Assembly (NCBI RefSeq): GCF_037042905.1
Contig: NC_087263.1
Coordinates: 14,510,001 to 14,574,000, forward strand
DNA length: 64,000 nt
Source of the DNA: Lytechinus pictus
Taxonomy: Eukaryota
Direction of reading: 5' to 3'
Shown piece by piece: positions 1 to 13,000 of the stretch. The notes beneath the pieces were generated by a model that saw only the letters and a program-made list of their open reading frames with translations, was not told where the DNA came from and ran no database searches. The first letter of the stretch is position 1. The number at the start of each line of letters is the position of its first letter. A program made the translations under genes and the position numbers.

Positions 1-20
1 GCTGCGACAGTACACAAAAG

Positions 21-428
21 GGCCGTCTGCACCAGCTCGAGTTTTTTTCGAATTAGCGCGTTGTTTCTGATCTGGCAAATTATCCCGATCTGAACAATCT
101 CTAGATTATTTTTAATGGAGATGCAATGATCGCGCTACACTGTCGTTTGTAGGATTAATCTCGAGATTGCAATCCCAAGTCGACTTGGGATTATTTGCAA
201 AATAGTGCGCTATTTTACGAATTATCCCACTAATTCGCAGGTGCAGACACACTCGGGATTATTTATTCACGGCGTCAGACCATAATGCATAGATGCCTCG
301 CTCGAGCAGGAATCGCTCTTCTTGCGATGGTGGAGACGGGGTTTCTTGAATCTCGAGATTAATCGCAAAAAGGGCCGATCGGGCTAAAATCTCGAAATTT
401 CGCAAACTCGGGCTGGTGCAGCACCGCC
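21..428. mobile_element. MITE-like element
   Basis: Imperfect TIR ggccgtctgcaccagctcgagttt / aaactcgggctggtgcagcaccgcc; internal aatctcgagatt palindromes. Confidence 0.55.
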
Positions 429-806
429 TATAAAGACAATTTTTTTGTGTTGCTGCAGGACTGTTCAGAATGAGAGCTATTCTATTACGATGTACAATAT
501 TCTCTCTGGGTGATTCAGGGAAAATAATTACATTTACGTGGGGTCTCGGGGCGATTTTACCCCCAAAATGCTCAAAAGAACCCTTGAAACTCAGGAAGAA
601 GCCGTGGAAATCCCCATTTATTGCAATGTTAAAGTTATCCAATGTTGCAGATTTAAACAGTAAGTTGTGGAAAGCAAGTAGCCCCCCTCCCCCCCCAAAA
701 AAAAAAATTTGATGCACAACAATAATTACAGTAATTTTGCATATCTTAACTTGAATAAAGAGCCACTAACATGATTCTTCTTTACCAATAATGATATTCG
801 ATGCAG

Positions 807-1028
807 TGAGGAAACCCTGAGTGAAGTTCTGACGGCGCACCGTGACATCATGTCGGACACCATGACCCCGACGTATGCTGAGATCCAGTTCATCGGCAAC
901 GTCAGCAAGCTTCTGGGGTACGGCGTGGAGTATTTCTCGGCCGAGACCAAGGAACGGGCCCAGGTTGTGATCGGTGTTTGTACGACGGGGTTGCAGATCT
1001 TATCGCAGAGCAGGGAGCTTATGCACAG
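807..1028 (+). CDS. MYLIP: MYLIP exon (FERM F2/F3)
   Basis: cag|T GAG...CAC AG|gttgga; EETLSEVLTAHRDIMSDTMTPTYAEIQFIGNVSKLLGYGVEYFSAETKERAQVVIGVCTTGLQILSQSRELMH. Confidence 0.85.
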
Positions 1029-4000
1029 GTTGGATGTTATTTTCTCTTCAATTTTCTTAACTCTGGGACATACTTGTATTAGGTGCTTTCAGACTGACTT
1101 GATCACCAAAGCACCTGTAAATTTAGAACATTTTCAGGAGCGGAATTCTGGGATCCATTATTTTTTTTATAAAGAAAGTGGTATTCTGAGATCACTTTTT
1201 TATCTCTCAGATAAAATTTCATATTTTAAGTGGTTTTCAATATTAAAAAAGGGCTTATGCTAAAATGATTACTGGGTATTAAACAATTACAAGAATGGTC
1301 AATTTAAAAAATACAAATTTTGATGGAAAAGAATAATAAAAAAGGAATCTTGGCGGTACAGAATACTAATTTTCTCTTTGAAAAGTTTGCAACTCTGAAT
1401 CTGGTTGTAGGTTCCACAGGCCACGATTTTTTTTCCAATCAAAATAGATACATGTACACCTTAAAGGGGAAGTTCACCCTGACAAAAAGTTTATTGTAAA
1501 AATAGCAGAAAAAATAATAAAAAATATTGCCGAAGGTTTGAGAAAAACTCATCAAATAATTAAAAAGTTATTAGAATTTCAATTATTTGATTTGTGACGT
1601 CATATGCGAGCAGCATTCCTACAAAGCGAATGGTAAAAAATCAATGAAATGTCATTTTCTCCGAAAATTGAAAATGGTTTTCACTATACCTTTTGTATAT
1701 CAATAGACAAATCATTTCACACCCGATCATGAATAGAAAGCAAAAATAAATCATCAGGAACCATGCAAAATTTGAAATTCATGCATTTTATATTACATAA
1801 CACATGGGGCAGCTGCTTGTCTATGACGTCACAAATCCAAAACTTCGAACTCTAATAACTTTCTTACTCTTTAACGGATTTTCCTCAAATCTTCACCAAT
1901 ATTTTTTACTATTTTTTCTGCTATTTTTACAACACAGTTTTCTTCAGGGTGAACTTCCCCTTTAATGGAAGTACCTACATGTATACATGAATGTGCCATG
2001 TGTTTGGCAAGAGTATGTTTAGTAGCAAGGATGTCACTGATTATCTATTGGCACTATCACTTCCACTTTCTGTTTACACAATGGATTGAGAGATCAAAAT
2101 CTGATAAGATAAAAAACATTGATTTCCTATCGAGTTAGATAAGGCACAGGTTGCAAGGCTTCGGGCTAATCAGATATTAGACTACATGTATATATGTACT
2201 TTCTAAAGCATGCATAATACATGTAGTATGCAGTGCTTAGAAACGTATATAAAAGCGCTATAAAAATGTTGCATGTTGTTATTATTATTAGGAAGTTATT
2301 GACACTATTATGTGAACTTTAAAAATTGAGTTTGAGTTCTGTTTATATAGAAATCTTATTTTGATAGGAAATGTTTGGAAGCAATCCTTACATGTACATG
2401 TAAAGTGTTAGTAATACCGGTACACCAAAATGCTGATAAAAAATAGCAAAATTTGCAACACTGTTGCATTCTTTGGTTGGAAGCAATCCTAAATAATATG
2501 CCGATGCTTATTTTAGAACAATACAGTTTAATAAACATTCAAAATAATTCAGGTTTGCTTGAAATTATATTGATTTCATTACCACATGCTTTTCCTATAT
2601 AGCGGGGTGTTGTGGCCCAGAGGATATTTCATTTCATTTCATTTATTTCCATATTCAATTAAAAACAAACATAATCATCAAATCACAAACAAGAATATAT
2701 ACATATATATCACATACAGAAAAAACACCTATAAAAAAAGAAAGTGAGAGAAGGCTAATTTACATACATATAAAAAATACATAACAAATTGAAATATGGT
2801 GGAAACACCAAAAGCCACGGGGGCTTATCGAGGGTATTCCCATACGATTAAAATACAACTTAAACATATTTTTATGAAGAGATGTCAAAGCCAAGATAGA
2901 AAGAGAAAGAGTGAGGAGAAAAGACTGTAAAGGAAATGAAAATGAGATTGCATAGTAAACAGGAGAGATTGACACTAGACTGTAGCATGTTTCTACAAAA
3001 ATCTATTATCATTTTGCAGTATATAGTATTTATATTTTCTTTTAAATGATGACAAAGTAGGACATAATTGTAGCTCAAGTGGGATACTGTTCCAGCATTT
3101 AGTACCCATGAATATAATAGTGGTTCTTGAGAACTTCAATTTCTATAAAGGTAAACGTATATCCCCCTTGGCCCTAGTACTGTATGAATGAATTGCACTA
3201 TTTTGGGTAAACAAATTGTTGAAAATTGACGGTAATAAACCTTTAAAATAGGAATACATGAACATTGCTAATTGCAATTTATTAAGCTGAAAAATTGTTA
3301 AAACATTTAAATTCTTAAATTCTTATTTAAATTCTCAGATATGTCTCTGGACTTTGAACTACTACATGTACATGTAGGTCTGGGGTTCAAATCTCACTAT
3401 AGGCGGCATAGCATATTTATCTACTTGTACATGTACAGCCACTCTCCACCACGTTGTACACAAGTGTATGCACCGTAGGAAAGAATTCCTTGACTGCTTG
3501 AGCACCCAATCAGTGTCTCTAGCTGTGCCAGGGTAATAGAATGCAGTATTAAGAAACATTGTAAAGCACTATTAAAATGCTTTATTTATCATTAATTCAC
3601 ACAGCATCAAATATGAAGACATCAGTAAGGTTTCCTACCACCAGAATCACTTCTCGGTCCACTACTACCGATCGTCGGGAGGCACCGGAGTCGAAGACGT
3701 CCTGACGGCGCTCAAGTTTCGCCTCGGCTCCCGGAAGATCGCCCAAGCCCTGTTCAGAGCGTTCACAGAATCGCATACCTTCTTTAGGGTGAGTGTGAGG
3801 GACAAAATACGGAAATCAATGAATTTGAGATTGACCAAGATCTTGTTTTATTTGTAATTTTTAGAGGGATCATCTGGTTCAGTGAGAGATATATTGCCAC
3901 TTGGTCCACACACACTTGGTCTACTTTCCATTAGGTCTAATCCTAGTTAGTCTATAAGCCATTGGGTAAATTCAGTTGAATGAATTGCCACTTGGTCTAC

Positions 4001-7000
4001 TTTCCATTTGGTCTCATCCCACATGGTCTAATCCTAGTTCATCTACTAGCCATTTGGTAAATTCAGTTGAATAAATTGCCACTTGGGCTACACCCACTTT
4101 GTCTACTTTCCATTTGGTCTCATCCCACATGGTCTAATCCTAGTTCATCTACTAGCCATTTTGTAAATTCAATTGAATTAATTGCCACTTGGGCTACACC
4201 CACTTTGTCTACTTTCCATTTGGTCTCATCCCACATGGTCTAATCCTAGTTTGTCCACTAGCCATTTGGTAAATTCAATTTGAATAAATTGCCACTTGGG
4301 CTACACCCACTTTGTCTACTTTCCATTTGGTCTCATCCCACATGGTCTAATCCTAGTTTGTCTCCTAGCCATTTGGTAAATTCAAATGAATTAATTGCCA
4401 CTTGGGCCACACCCACTTTGTCTACTTTCCATTTGGTCTCATCCCACATGGTTTAATCCTAGTTTGTCTACTAGCCATTTGGTAAATTCAGTTGAATTAA
4501 TTGCCACTTGGTCCACACCCACTTTGTCTACTTTCCATTTGGTCTCATCCCACATGGTCTAATCCTAGTTTGTCTACTAGCCATTTGGTAAATTCAATTG
4601 AATTAATTGCCACTTGGGCTACAGCCACTTTGTCTACTTACCATTTGGTCTTATCCCACATGGTCTAATCCTAGTTTGTCTACTAGCCATTTGGTGAATT
4701 TAATTGAATTAATTGCCACTTGGGCTACCCCCACTTGGTCTACTTTCCATTTGGTCTCATCCCACATGGTCTAATCCTAGTTCGTCTTCAATCAGTTCAT
4801 CTACAGTACTAAATCGTTTGGTCCGTTTGCTATGTAGCCTATCTACTATTTCGTCTCGTATAATAATACAAAATAATATTACATAGAATTTGTATAGCAC
4901 ACTTTCCATCTTAATTAGATGGTCAAGGCGCTTCAGAGCAAATTACAGAAATCTATCCAGCTGAATATAATAAATATGTCATAAGTAAAAAAGTCATTAT
5001 TTTTTCATTAAATGCATCAAAGCTATTATCAAACAATACCATTTAAATCCATGCTCAAAAACTATAATTTTTATTTATACTGCAAAAAATTTAGATATAC
5101 ATGTAATGTATGCTGTACTTGTACAGAACAAGAGCAAAAATCACTTTAAAGACACAACTGTCAACTGTCGAAACACAATTTGTATAGCACACTTTCCATC
5201 TTAATTAGATGGTCAAGGCGCTTCAGAGCAAATTACAGAAATTGAGAAAAAAAAGTACATAGCAAGTTTGAACTATACAAGGATAGCCTTTGTTTCACTT
5301 TATCTAACACCATATATGGCTAGATGAACTGTTTATGAACCAAATTTTAACTTGACAAAGTCAAATATAAAGTGGACAAAATGGTAAATGGACCAACTGA
5401 GCATTAGAATATTAAACTGAGACTTGGATTAGGTGGGTATTAGACTGTTTGAAGTGTAGACCAAACAGCAATTAGAATAACTTGATATTAGACCAAATGG
5501 GTTTATCCAATGTGGTATTACAATACATTGAACTTTTATGGAATGAGACAAACTGCTTGCACACCAAATGAATCCCTAGAGTGACACCCAATGCACACAA
5601 ACCATTGTGTTGACAACATCTCCCATGGCAACATCAGTGTACCCTTGAAACTGTAGCCAAATTTCAGTAATCAGCTTGGCTTGCATTTTCTGTTTTTCAC
5701 AGGCCTGTGCTCTGTGATTAGCAATCAGGATAATTGAAGGCAGTTGTGTCTTTAAAGTGATTTTTGCTCTTGTACAGCATACACTACATGTATATTTACA
5801 TTTTTGCATTATGAATAATAAAAGTGTTTGGTCATGGATTTTGATGGTATTGCTGTATAAAAACTTGGATGCAATAATGAAAAAATAATGCCTTTTTTAT
5901 TTGTGTCTTTTTTTTTTTACATTCAGCTGGATAGATTAGGCCTACATGTATATAGAGAACTGGGATTATAATGAAGGTTTCAACATCAATGAATATTCAA
6001 GATTTGTACTAAATTAATAAAATGGTACAATTTGCATAATATTGCATTATATTAAGGGAAAAACTGAGTTATTGCATGTTTACATACATGTACATTTATG
6101 TACTTTTTAAAGTGCAGAACATTATATACATGTATGAAGAACAGCAAAATTATAATTTTGGCAATGGTAATATTGAGGGTAAATATCAAGTATCACACAA
6201 AGAATTTTTTTATCGTGAACTCATTCTAGGAGGAATAAACATGTACATGTATGTGGCAACATAACGGAACAAAATTTTCCACTTAATGTACCATTCAGTA
6301 TGCATCCGCTTTACAAGTTAAAGGGATGGTCCGGGCTGAAAATATTTATATCTTAATACATAGAGTAGAATTCACTGAGCAAAATGCCGAAAATTTCATC
6401 AAAATCGTATAACAAATAATATTAAAGTTATTGAAGTTTAAAATTTAGCCAAATTTTGTGAAAACAGTCGTCATGAATATTCATTAGTTGGGCTGATGAT
6501 GTCACATCCCCACTTTCCGTTTTCTTATGTTATTACACAAAATCATAATTTTGTCATTATTTCATACTTGTGTGAATAATATGTCTCCCTTATAATGAAA
6601 TAAGTTGCAGCAATAAATATCTAATGCACTAAATCAGTTGTCAATCCAATTTTTTAGTTATTGGAGGGAAAAAATTGAATAAACCTAATTTCATATAATA
6701 AAATACAAAAGAACAAGTGGAGATGTGACATCATCAGTCCACCTAATGAATATTCATGATGACTGCTATCACAAAATATTGCTAAACTTTAAAATTCAAT
6801 AACTTTGTTATTTGTTATCCGATTTTGATGAAATTTTCAGCATTTTGCTCAGTGAATTCTACTCTATTTATTAAGCTATAAACACTTTCAGCCCGGACCA
6901 TCCCTTTAATGGTATGAGTACATCTTTATGATCAACCATTAAGCCTAATTAGCGGGGAAGAGTATCATTGACTGATGTAAAAATTCAATTAGCAACATGC

Positions 7001-10000
7001 CACTGTTTTGGTACACAGTATTCATTGGAGGTGTGTGAATAGGATATTAGGTGTGAAATTAGGCGACAACAGATGTTCCTGAATGTGTTCGAATGTTTGC
7101 TAGCTCACTTGCTTGGCACTATGGAAGTTGGACTTCAGAATATATATGTTGCAAATTGTATTTTAGGTATTCAAAGGAATTTTAAAAGGTGATGATGTTG
7201 ATGATGATGATGGCGTGATAATGATTTTGATGATGGTAATGATGATGATGAAGATGATGGTGATGATGATGATGGTTGTGTTGATGATGATCATGATGAT
7301 GAAGGTGATGATGATGGTGACGATTATGGTGATGATGATGATGATGATGGTGATGATTATGGTGATGATGATGGCGATAATTAATAATGGTGGTGTTGAT
7401 GACAACGATGATGGTGATGAATGTTGTGTTGATCATGACGATGAAGATGATGATGATGGTGCTGGTGATAATGAGTGATGATGATGAAGATAATGATGAT
7501 GATGATGATGGTGATGATGTTGATGATGATTGATGATAATGATGAAGATGATGATATGTTGATGATAACAATGATGATGAAGATGATGGTGGTGGTGGTG
7601 ATGGTGGTGGTGATGATGATGATGATGGCAATGATGATGAGGAGGAGGAAGTTGATAATGGTGATGATGATGATGATGAACAGCATTTGCATCACCCCAT
7701 TAATCTGTGGGAAAAAACATTCAAAGGTGCCAACTCGCACTGTTGCCAGGAAAGATGAGCCAGTCTTTTAATGTCATTCAGGTTTGATTTTTTTCAAGGT
7801 TTTTGTCTCGCCTGCATAGCAGAGCGAGACTATAGGCTCAGCTTTTCCGACGGCGGCGGCGGCTGCGGCATCAACATCAAATCTTAACCTAAGGTTAAGT
7901 TTTTGAAATGACATCATAACTTAGAAAGTATACGGACCTAGTTCATGAAACTTGGCCATAAGGATAATCAAGTATTACTGAACATCCTACCTGAGTTTCA
8001 GGTCACATGACCAAGGTCAAAGGTCATTTAGGGTCAATGAACTTAGACCATGTTGGGAGAATTATTTTCAAAATCTTAACCGAAGGTTAAGTTTTTGAAA
8101 TGACATCATAACTTAGAAAGTATATGGACCTAGTTCATGAAAATTGGGCATAAGGTTAATCAAGTATTAGTGAACATCCTGCTTGAGTTTCAGGTCACGT
8201 GACCAAGGTCAAAGGTCATTTAGGGTCAATGAACTTTGGTCAAGTTGGGGGTATTTGTTGAATTACTATCATAACTTTAAAAATTTATGGATCTAGTTCA
8301 TGAAACTTGGACATAAGATTAATCAAGTATGAGTGAACATCCTGCCTGAGTTTCAGGTCACATGACCAAGGTCAAAGGCATTTAGGGTCAATGAACTTTG
8401 GCCAAGTTGGGGGTATTTGTTGAATTACCATCATAACTTTGAAAATTTATGGATTTAGTTCATGAAACTTGGACATTAGGTTAATCAAGTACCACTGAAT
8501 ATCCTGTGCGAGTTTCAGGTCACATGACCATGGTCAATGGTCATTTAAGGTCAATGAACTTTGGCCGTGTTGGGGGTACATGTATTTGTTAAATTACCAT
8601 CCTAACTCTGAAAGTTTATGGATCTAGTTCATAAAACTTGGACATAAAAGTAATCAAGTATCACTGTACATCCTGTACGAGTTTCAGGTCACATGACCAT
8701 GGTCAAAGGTCATTAAAGGTCAATGAACTTTGGCCATGTTGGGGGTATTTGTTGAATTACCATCCTAACTCGGAAAGTTTATAGATCTATCTAGTTCATA
8801 AAACTTGGGATATAAGAGTAATCAAGTATCACTGAACATCCCCTGTGAGTTTCAGGTCACAAAACCAAGGTCAAAGGTCAGTTAAGGTCAATAAACTTAG
8901 GCCCTGTTGGGGTAATTGTTGAATTGCCATCGAGTTTCAGGTCACATGACCATGGTCAATGGTCATTTAAGGTCAATGAACTTTGGCCGTGTTGGGGGTA
9001 CATGTATTTGTTAAATTACCATCCTAACTCTGAAAGTTTATGGATCTAGTTCATAAAACTTGGACATAAAAGTAATCAAGTATCACTGTACATCCTGTAC
9101 GAGTTTCAGGTCACATGACCATGGTCAAAGGTCATTAAAGGTCAATGAACTTTGGCCATGTTGGGGGTATTTGTTGAATTACCATCCTAACTCGGAAAGT
9201 TTATAGATCTATCTAGTTCATAAAACTTGGGATATAAGAGTAATCAAGTATCACTGAACATCCCCTGTGAGTTTCAGGTCACAAAACCAAGGTCAAAGGT
9301 CAGTTAAGGTCAATAAACTTAGGCCCTGTTGGGGTAATTGTTGAATTGCCATCATAACTTTGAAAGTTTATGTATAGAGTGAATGAAATGTGGACATGGG
9401 TGTAGTTGACAAGTCTTAAGTCACCGTTCAAATGTCATTTATGGTCAATGAACGTGGTATTATGTCATTATATGAATGGTGTTTTTGTGAATGATTCTTT
9501 TATTGTAGTTTTCAAAGTTAGCACTGCTGCTATATTAAATCGCGTAATGCAGGCGAGACTGCCAGAGGCGTTCCACTTGTTACAATTATGAACTTGGATT
9601 AGTAGATAATTCTGAAGACTGGAGGAAATGGAGCAAAGGCTCTATCCTAGTACATTTTTTAAGTGTTTGAAATCCACTGTGCTATAATGTACAAATATAC
9701 CAGGCTTAGAGTATAAAGTATAGCGGGAATTATTCATCTGAGGTTGGACTGGCATTACTATTTTTTTCCTGAGGGGCGAAGCCCCCATGGGGAAAATAGT
9801 AATTTTGCCAGTACAACCGAGGATAAATAATTCCTTCTACACTTTCGAAATAAAGGCCTGGTATATTTGTTTTATATCCTACTTTAATAAGTTATAGAAA
9901 TAGATCTTGATAATCTAGTTCTTGTACTCTTAGTTCATCCTTTTTTTAATCTGAATCAAACCAGCTGCGCTGACTGACCTATTTTTCCTGAAGCTAAGCG

Positions 10001-13000
10001 CTTCAGGTGGGCGTTTCATTTTCGACATCATCGCAAAATAGTGAGAATATGTTTGATCACATGATGCTATATAAACCAATCAGCATACAGGTCACAGGAT
10101 TTAATTTATGTAGGATATAATACTTGATATACACATACATGTAGATACATGTACGGTGTAATGCCTTTTCCATTGTTCTTGTAATCAAGAGGCCTGCAAA
10201 TGTACAGTATTGTAAATTATACCTCACCCACATTACCTCTACGGCAGCCATACGACGAGTAAAAAACAACCGTTTTATTCATTTTTATTCAAACCACCTA
10301 CATGTATATGTAGCTGACCAGCAAAAGTTAAAACGGCTGTTTTCGACTCGCGGTATGGACGCCGTAGGGGAAACGTGACTGAGGTATTAGTACCCCCCCC
10401 CCCCTCCATCCCTAGGTGTGCTGAGAATTTTTGCATTCATGTATTGGATCATCACACCATTAAATTCCCTTAGCAAGAGATGGGTGGTGAGAGAACTGCT
10501 CTCATGTACTGATGTTTGTACATGTAATGCTACAATGACTATGAGCTGGATTATTGATTTTGTTTAATGCTACGGTACCAGGCACATAATAGCCACAATA
10601 TCAATAGTCGCATTAGGGGATTAGCGCACTGCTTTGATAAAGATGTCCATTTAGAAGAGAACAATGTATTTCCTGTTCTTTCAGCTTTTCATACCACCCC
10701 ACCATGATAGGTATACTGGTCAGTAGACTATGTTTTGTTGAGTACAGTGTAAATCAGGTTGTGCATTTTGAATATTGTACATGTACACATGTACACACTG
10801 AAATTGAATACCCTGTGATATGTTGTCCCCCCACCTCTTGCCACCCTGTAATAGTGAGCATTTATTTTAGTTGAGGGAGAGTGAAAATTCTCTCATTTCT
10901 TTCAATAATATATACATGTAAAAAACATACAAATATCATACATGTGAACATAAATATACAAATATAATCATGAAACATAAGATGAGATTTAAAAAAAATT
11001 ATGAAAGAAAAAGGTGTCCCAAAAAGCCTCAACGGCTTGAAAAAAGGGAAACCAAGAATAAAACATAAGAATGATAATAGAAAATGATTCACAAATAGAA
11101 CAGAGTACTGGAATGTGTCGCCACAGTAACAGTAACATTAACCATTATAATTATCATACACAGAGCTGGATACATATAAAGAAAGGTAAAAGACTAGAGT
11201 TTGATTGCGATGATCGGCGGGCACGTCGTCAGTACTTTCTTTCAAGCCAAAACACTGACGACATGCCAGCCGGTCACTAAGCCTAAGGGAACCATTAACC
11301 CTATCTAGGCCGGGGTGTTTTGGGAGTTCATATAGCCGGGGGGGGGGGGGGGGGCCTCCCAGGCCCCCTTGAGATCTCGGCAGTCGACCACGCGATCGCG
11401 CCGAAAATTGGCACGCAGGTTGTCCTGGACACAATCTACAAAATTATATAGTAATTAATTTCATGCAAATTAAAGAAAATAAAGAAAAAAAAAAAATGAG
11501 AAAATGAGGCTGCATTTGATAACGTGAATTCATGCAAGCAACGGATCTGACAGAGGTTAAGAAAAAAAGAAATTGCTGTTGCGATGCCACATTCTGGCCC
11601 TCTAAAATTGGGAGCGGAAAATTGTTTTATTAATGATTGTTTCATTTTAATTGAATTATGTTAATACCCCTTTTCTTTGCTTTTCTTTTTTGTGAGAGAA
11701 ATATTGACATAGGAGTGATGTCCCCCCCTTTTAAAAAAATCTCTGCCCCCCCCCCCCCCCATTCAGATGTCCTGTAAAATCTATCACATTTTGGCGCTCT
11801 GGAATTTCATACCTGCAGAAGTCTGTTGAATGTACATGCACATTATGCAATTAAGAATTGTCCATTCTGAACATGTATTTGTGACAAATTTTCCATGTGC
11901 TTTTTTGTGTGTGTGGAAAATAACGACCCTGTGGTCATGATTAGTCTGCAGGCACAGACTCATGTTTGACACTTAAACCAATTAAAGAGGTCTAGAGTGA
12001 AGACTAGACTCCAAAGACTCTGTCTGTGTCAAATGAGACTCTAGTCTCACTAATTCAGACTCTGCTTTATGGACTATGCAAATTGCAAAAGCCAAGGGTC
12101 TGTGCCTGCAGACTAGGTCATGATTGCAGGTCTGTGGAATTTTCATCTTTGTGTGTCATTTATGGCCAATTGCATGATGACAGCTGTATTTTAATAGTTA
12201 ATAAATACTTGCATTGAGATTAAATCGTTATATTCTCTTTCTCTACAATGCGAGTGTAGAGCGGGTGGTGAGACAGCATCGTTCACACACATGGTTCGGC
12301 TTGTTCCTGGTCCTAATTACACCTTTAATCTCTCTTTCTCCTTTACAGTGTGAGAGTGTAGAGCGGTTGATGAGACAGCAGCATTTACACACATGGTTCG
12401 GTTCGTTCCTGGTCCTAATTAAACCTTTAATCTCTCTTTCTCCTTTACAGTGTGAGAGCGTAGAGCGGGTGGTAAGGCAGCAACATTCACACACAGGGTT
12501 TGGTTCCTTTCTGGTCCTGATGAAACCGGATACCTCGAGAGGCAAGGTGTTCAGGTTTGATGTCGGGCACACCAGACGCCAGGCCTACGACAGCGCCTGG
12601 AGGAAACTACACCCTGGCCACAGTCCCACGCAAGACGTAAGAACTAAGAGAATTTGTTACGGTCCGTTGATATTTATTCACTGTAGATTCCCCCTCCTCA
12701 AAAAATTGCATTCGGATTCTAAGAAAAAAGAAGAGTTTCAATATTGGCCACACCAGATGCTAAGCCTATGACAGCCCTGGAGGAAATTACACCCAGGCCA
12801 TAGTCCCATGCAAGATGTAAGAACTTAAGAAAATTCATTATGATCCATTGATATTCATTCACTGTAGGTCTTCCCCCCCCCCCCCACCTCAAAAAAAAAT
12901 TCCATTCGGATTCTGAGAGTAAAGAAGAGGTTTAATGTTGGGCACACCAGATGCTAAACCAACGACAGCGCTTGGCGGAAATTCCACCAGCCAAAGTCCC

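Noticed and set aside
7163..7771. Poly-His/Met/Ile/Asp ORFs (also at 28174-28894 and 53056-53946)
   Set aside because: Artefacts of (ATG/CAT)n microsatellites; intronic, with no splice or domain support.
12214..12771. 185-aa single-exon ORF
   Set aside because: It is the MYLIP exon plus flanking duplicated intron sequence; no credible start.
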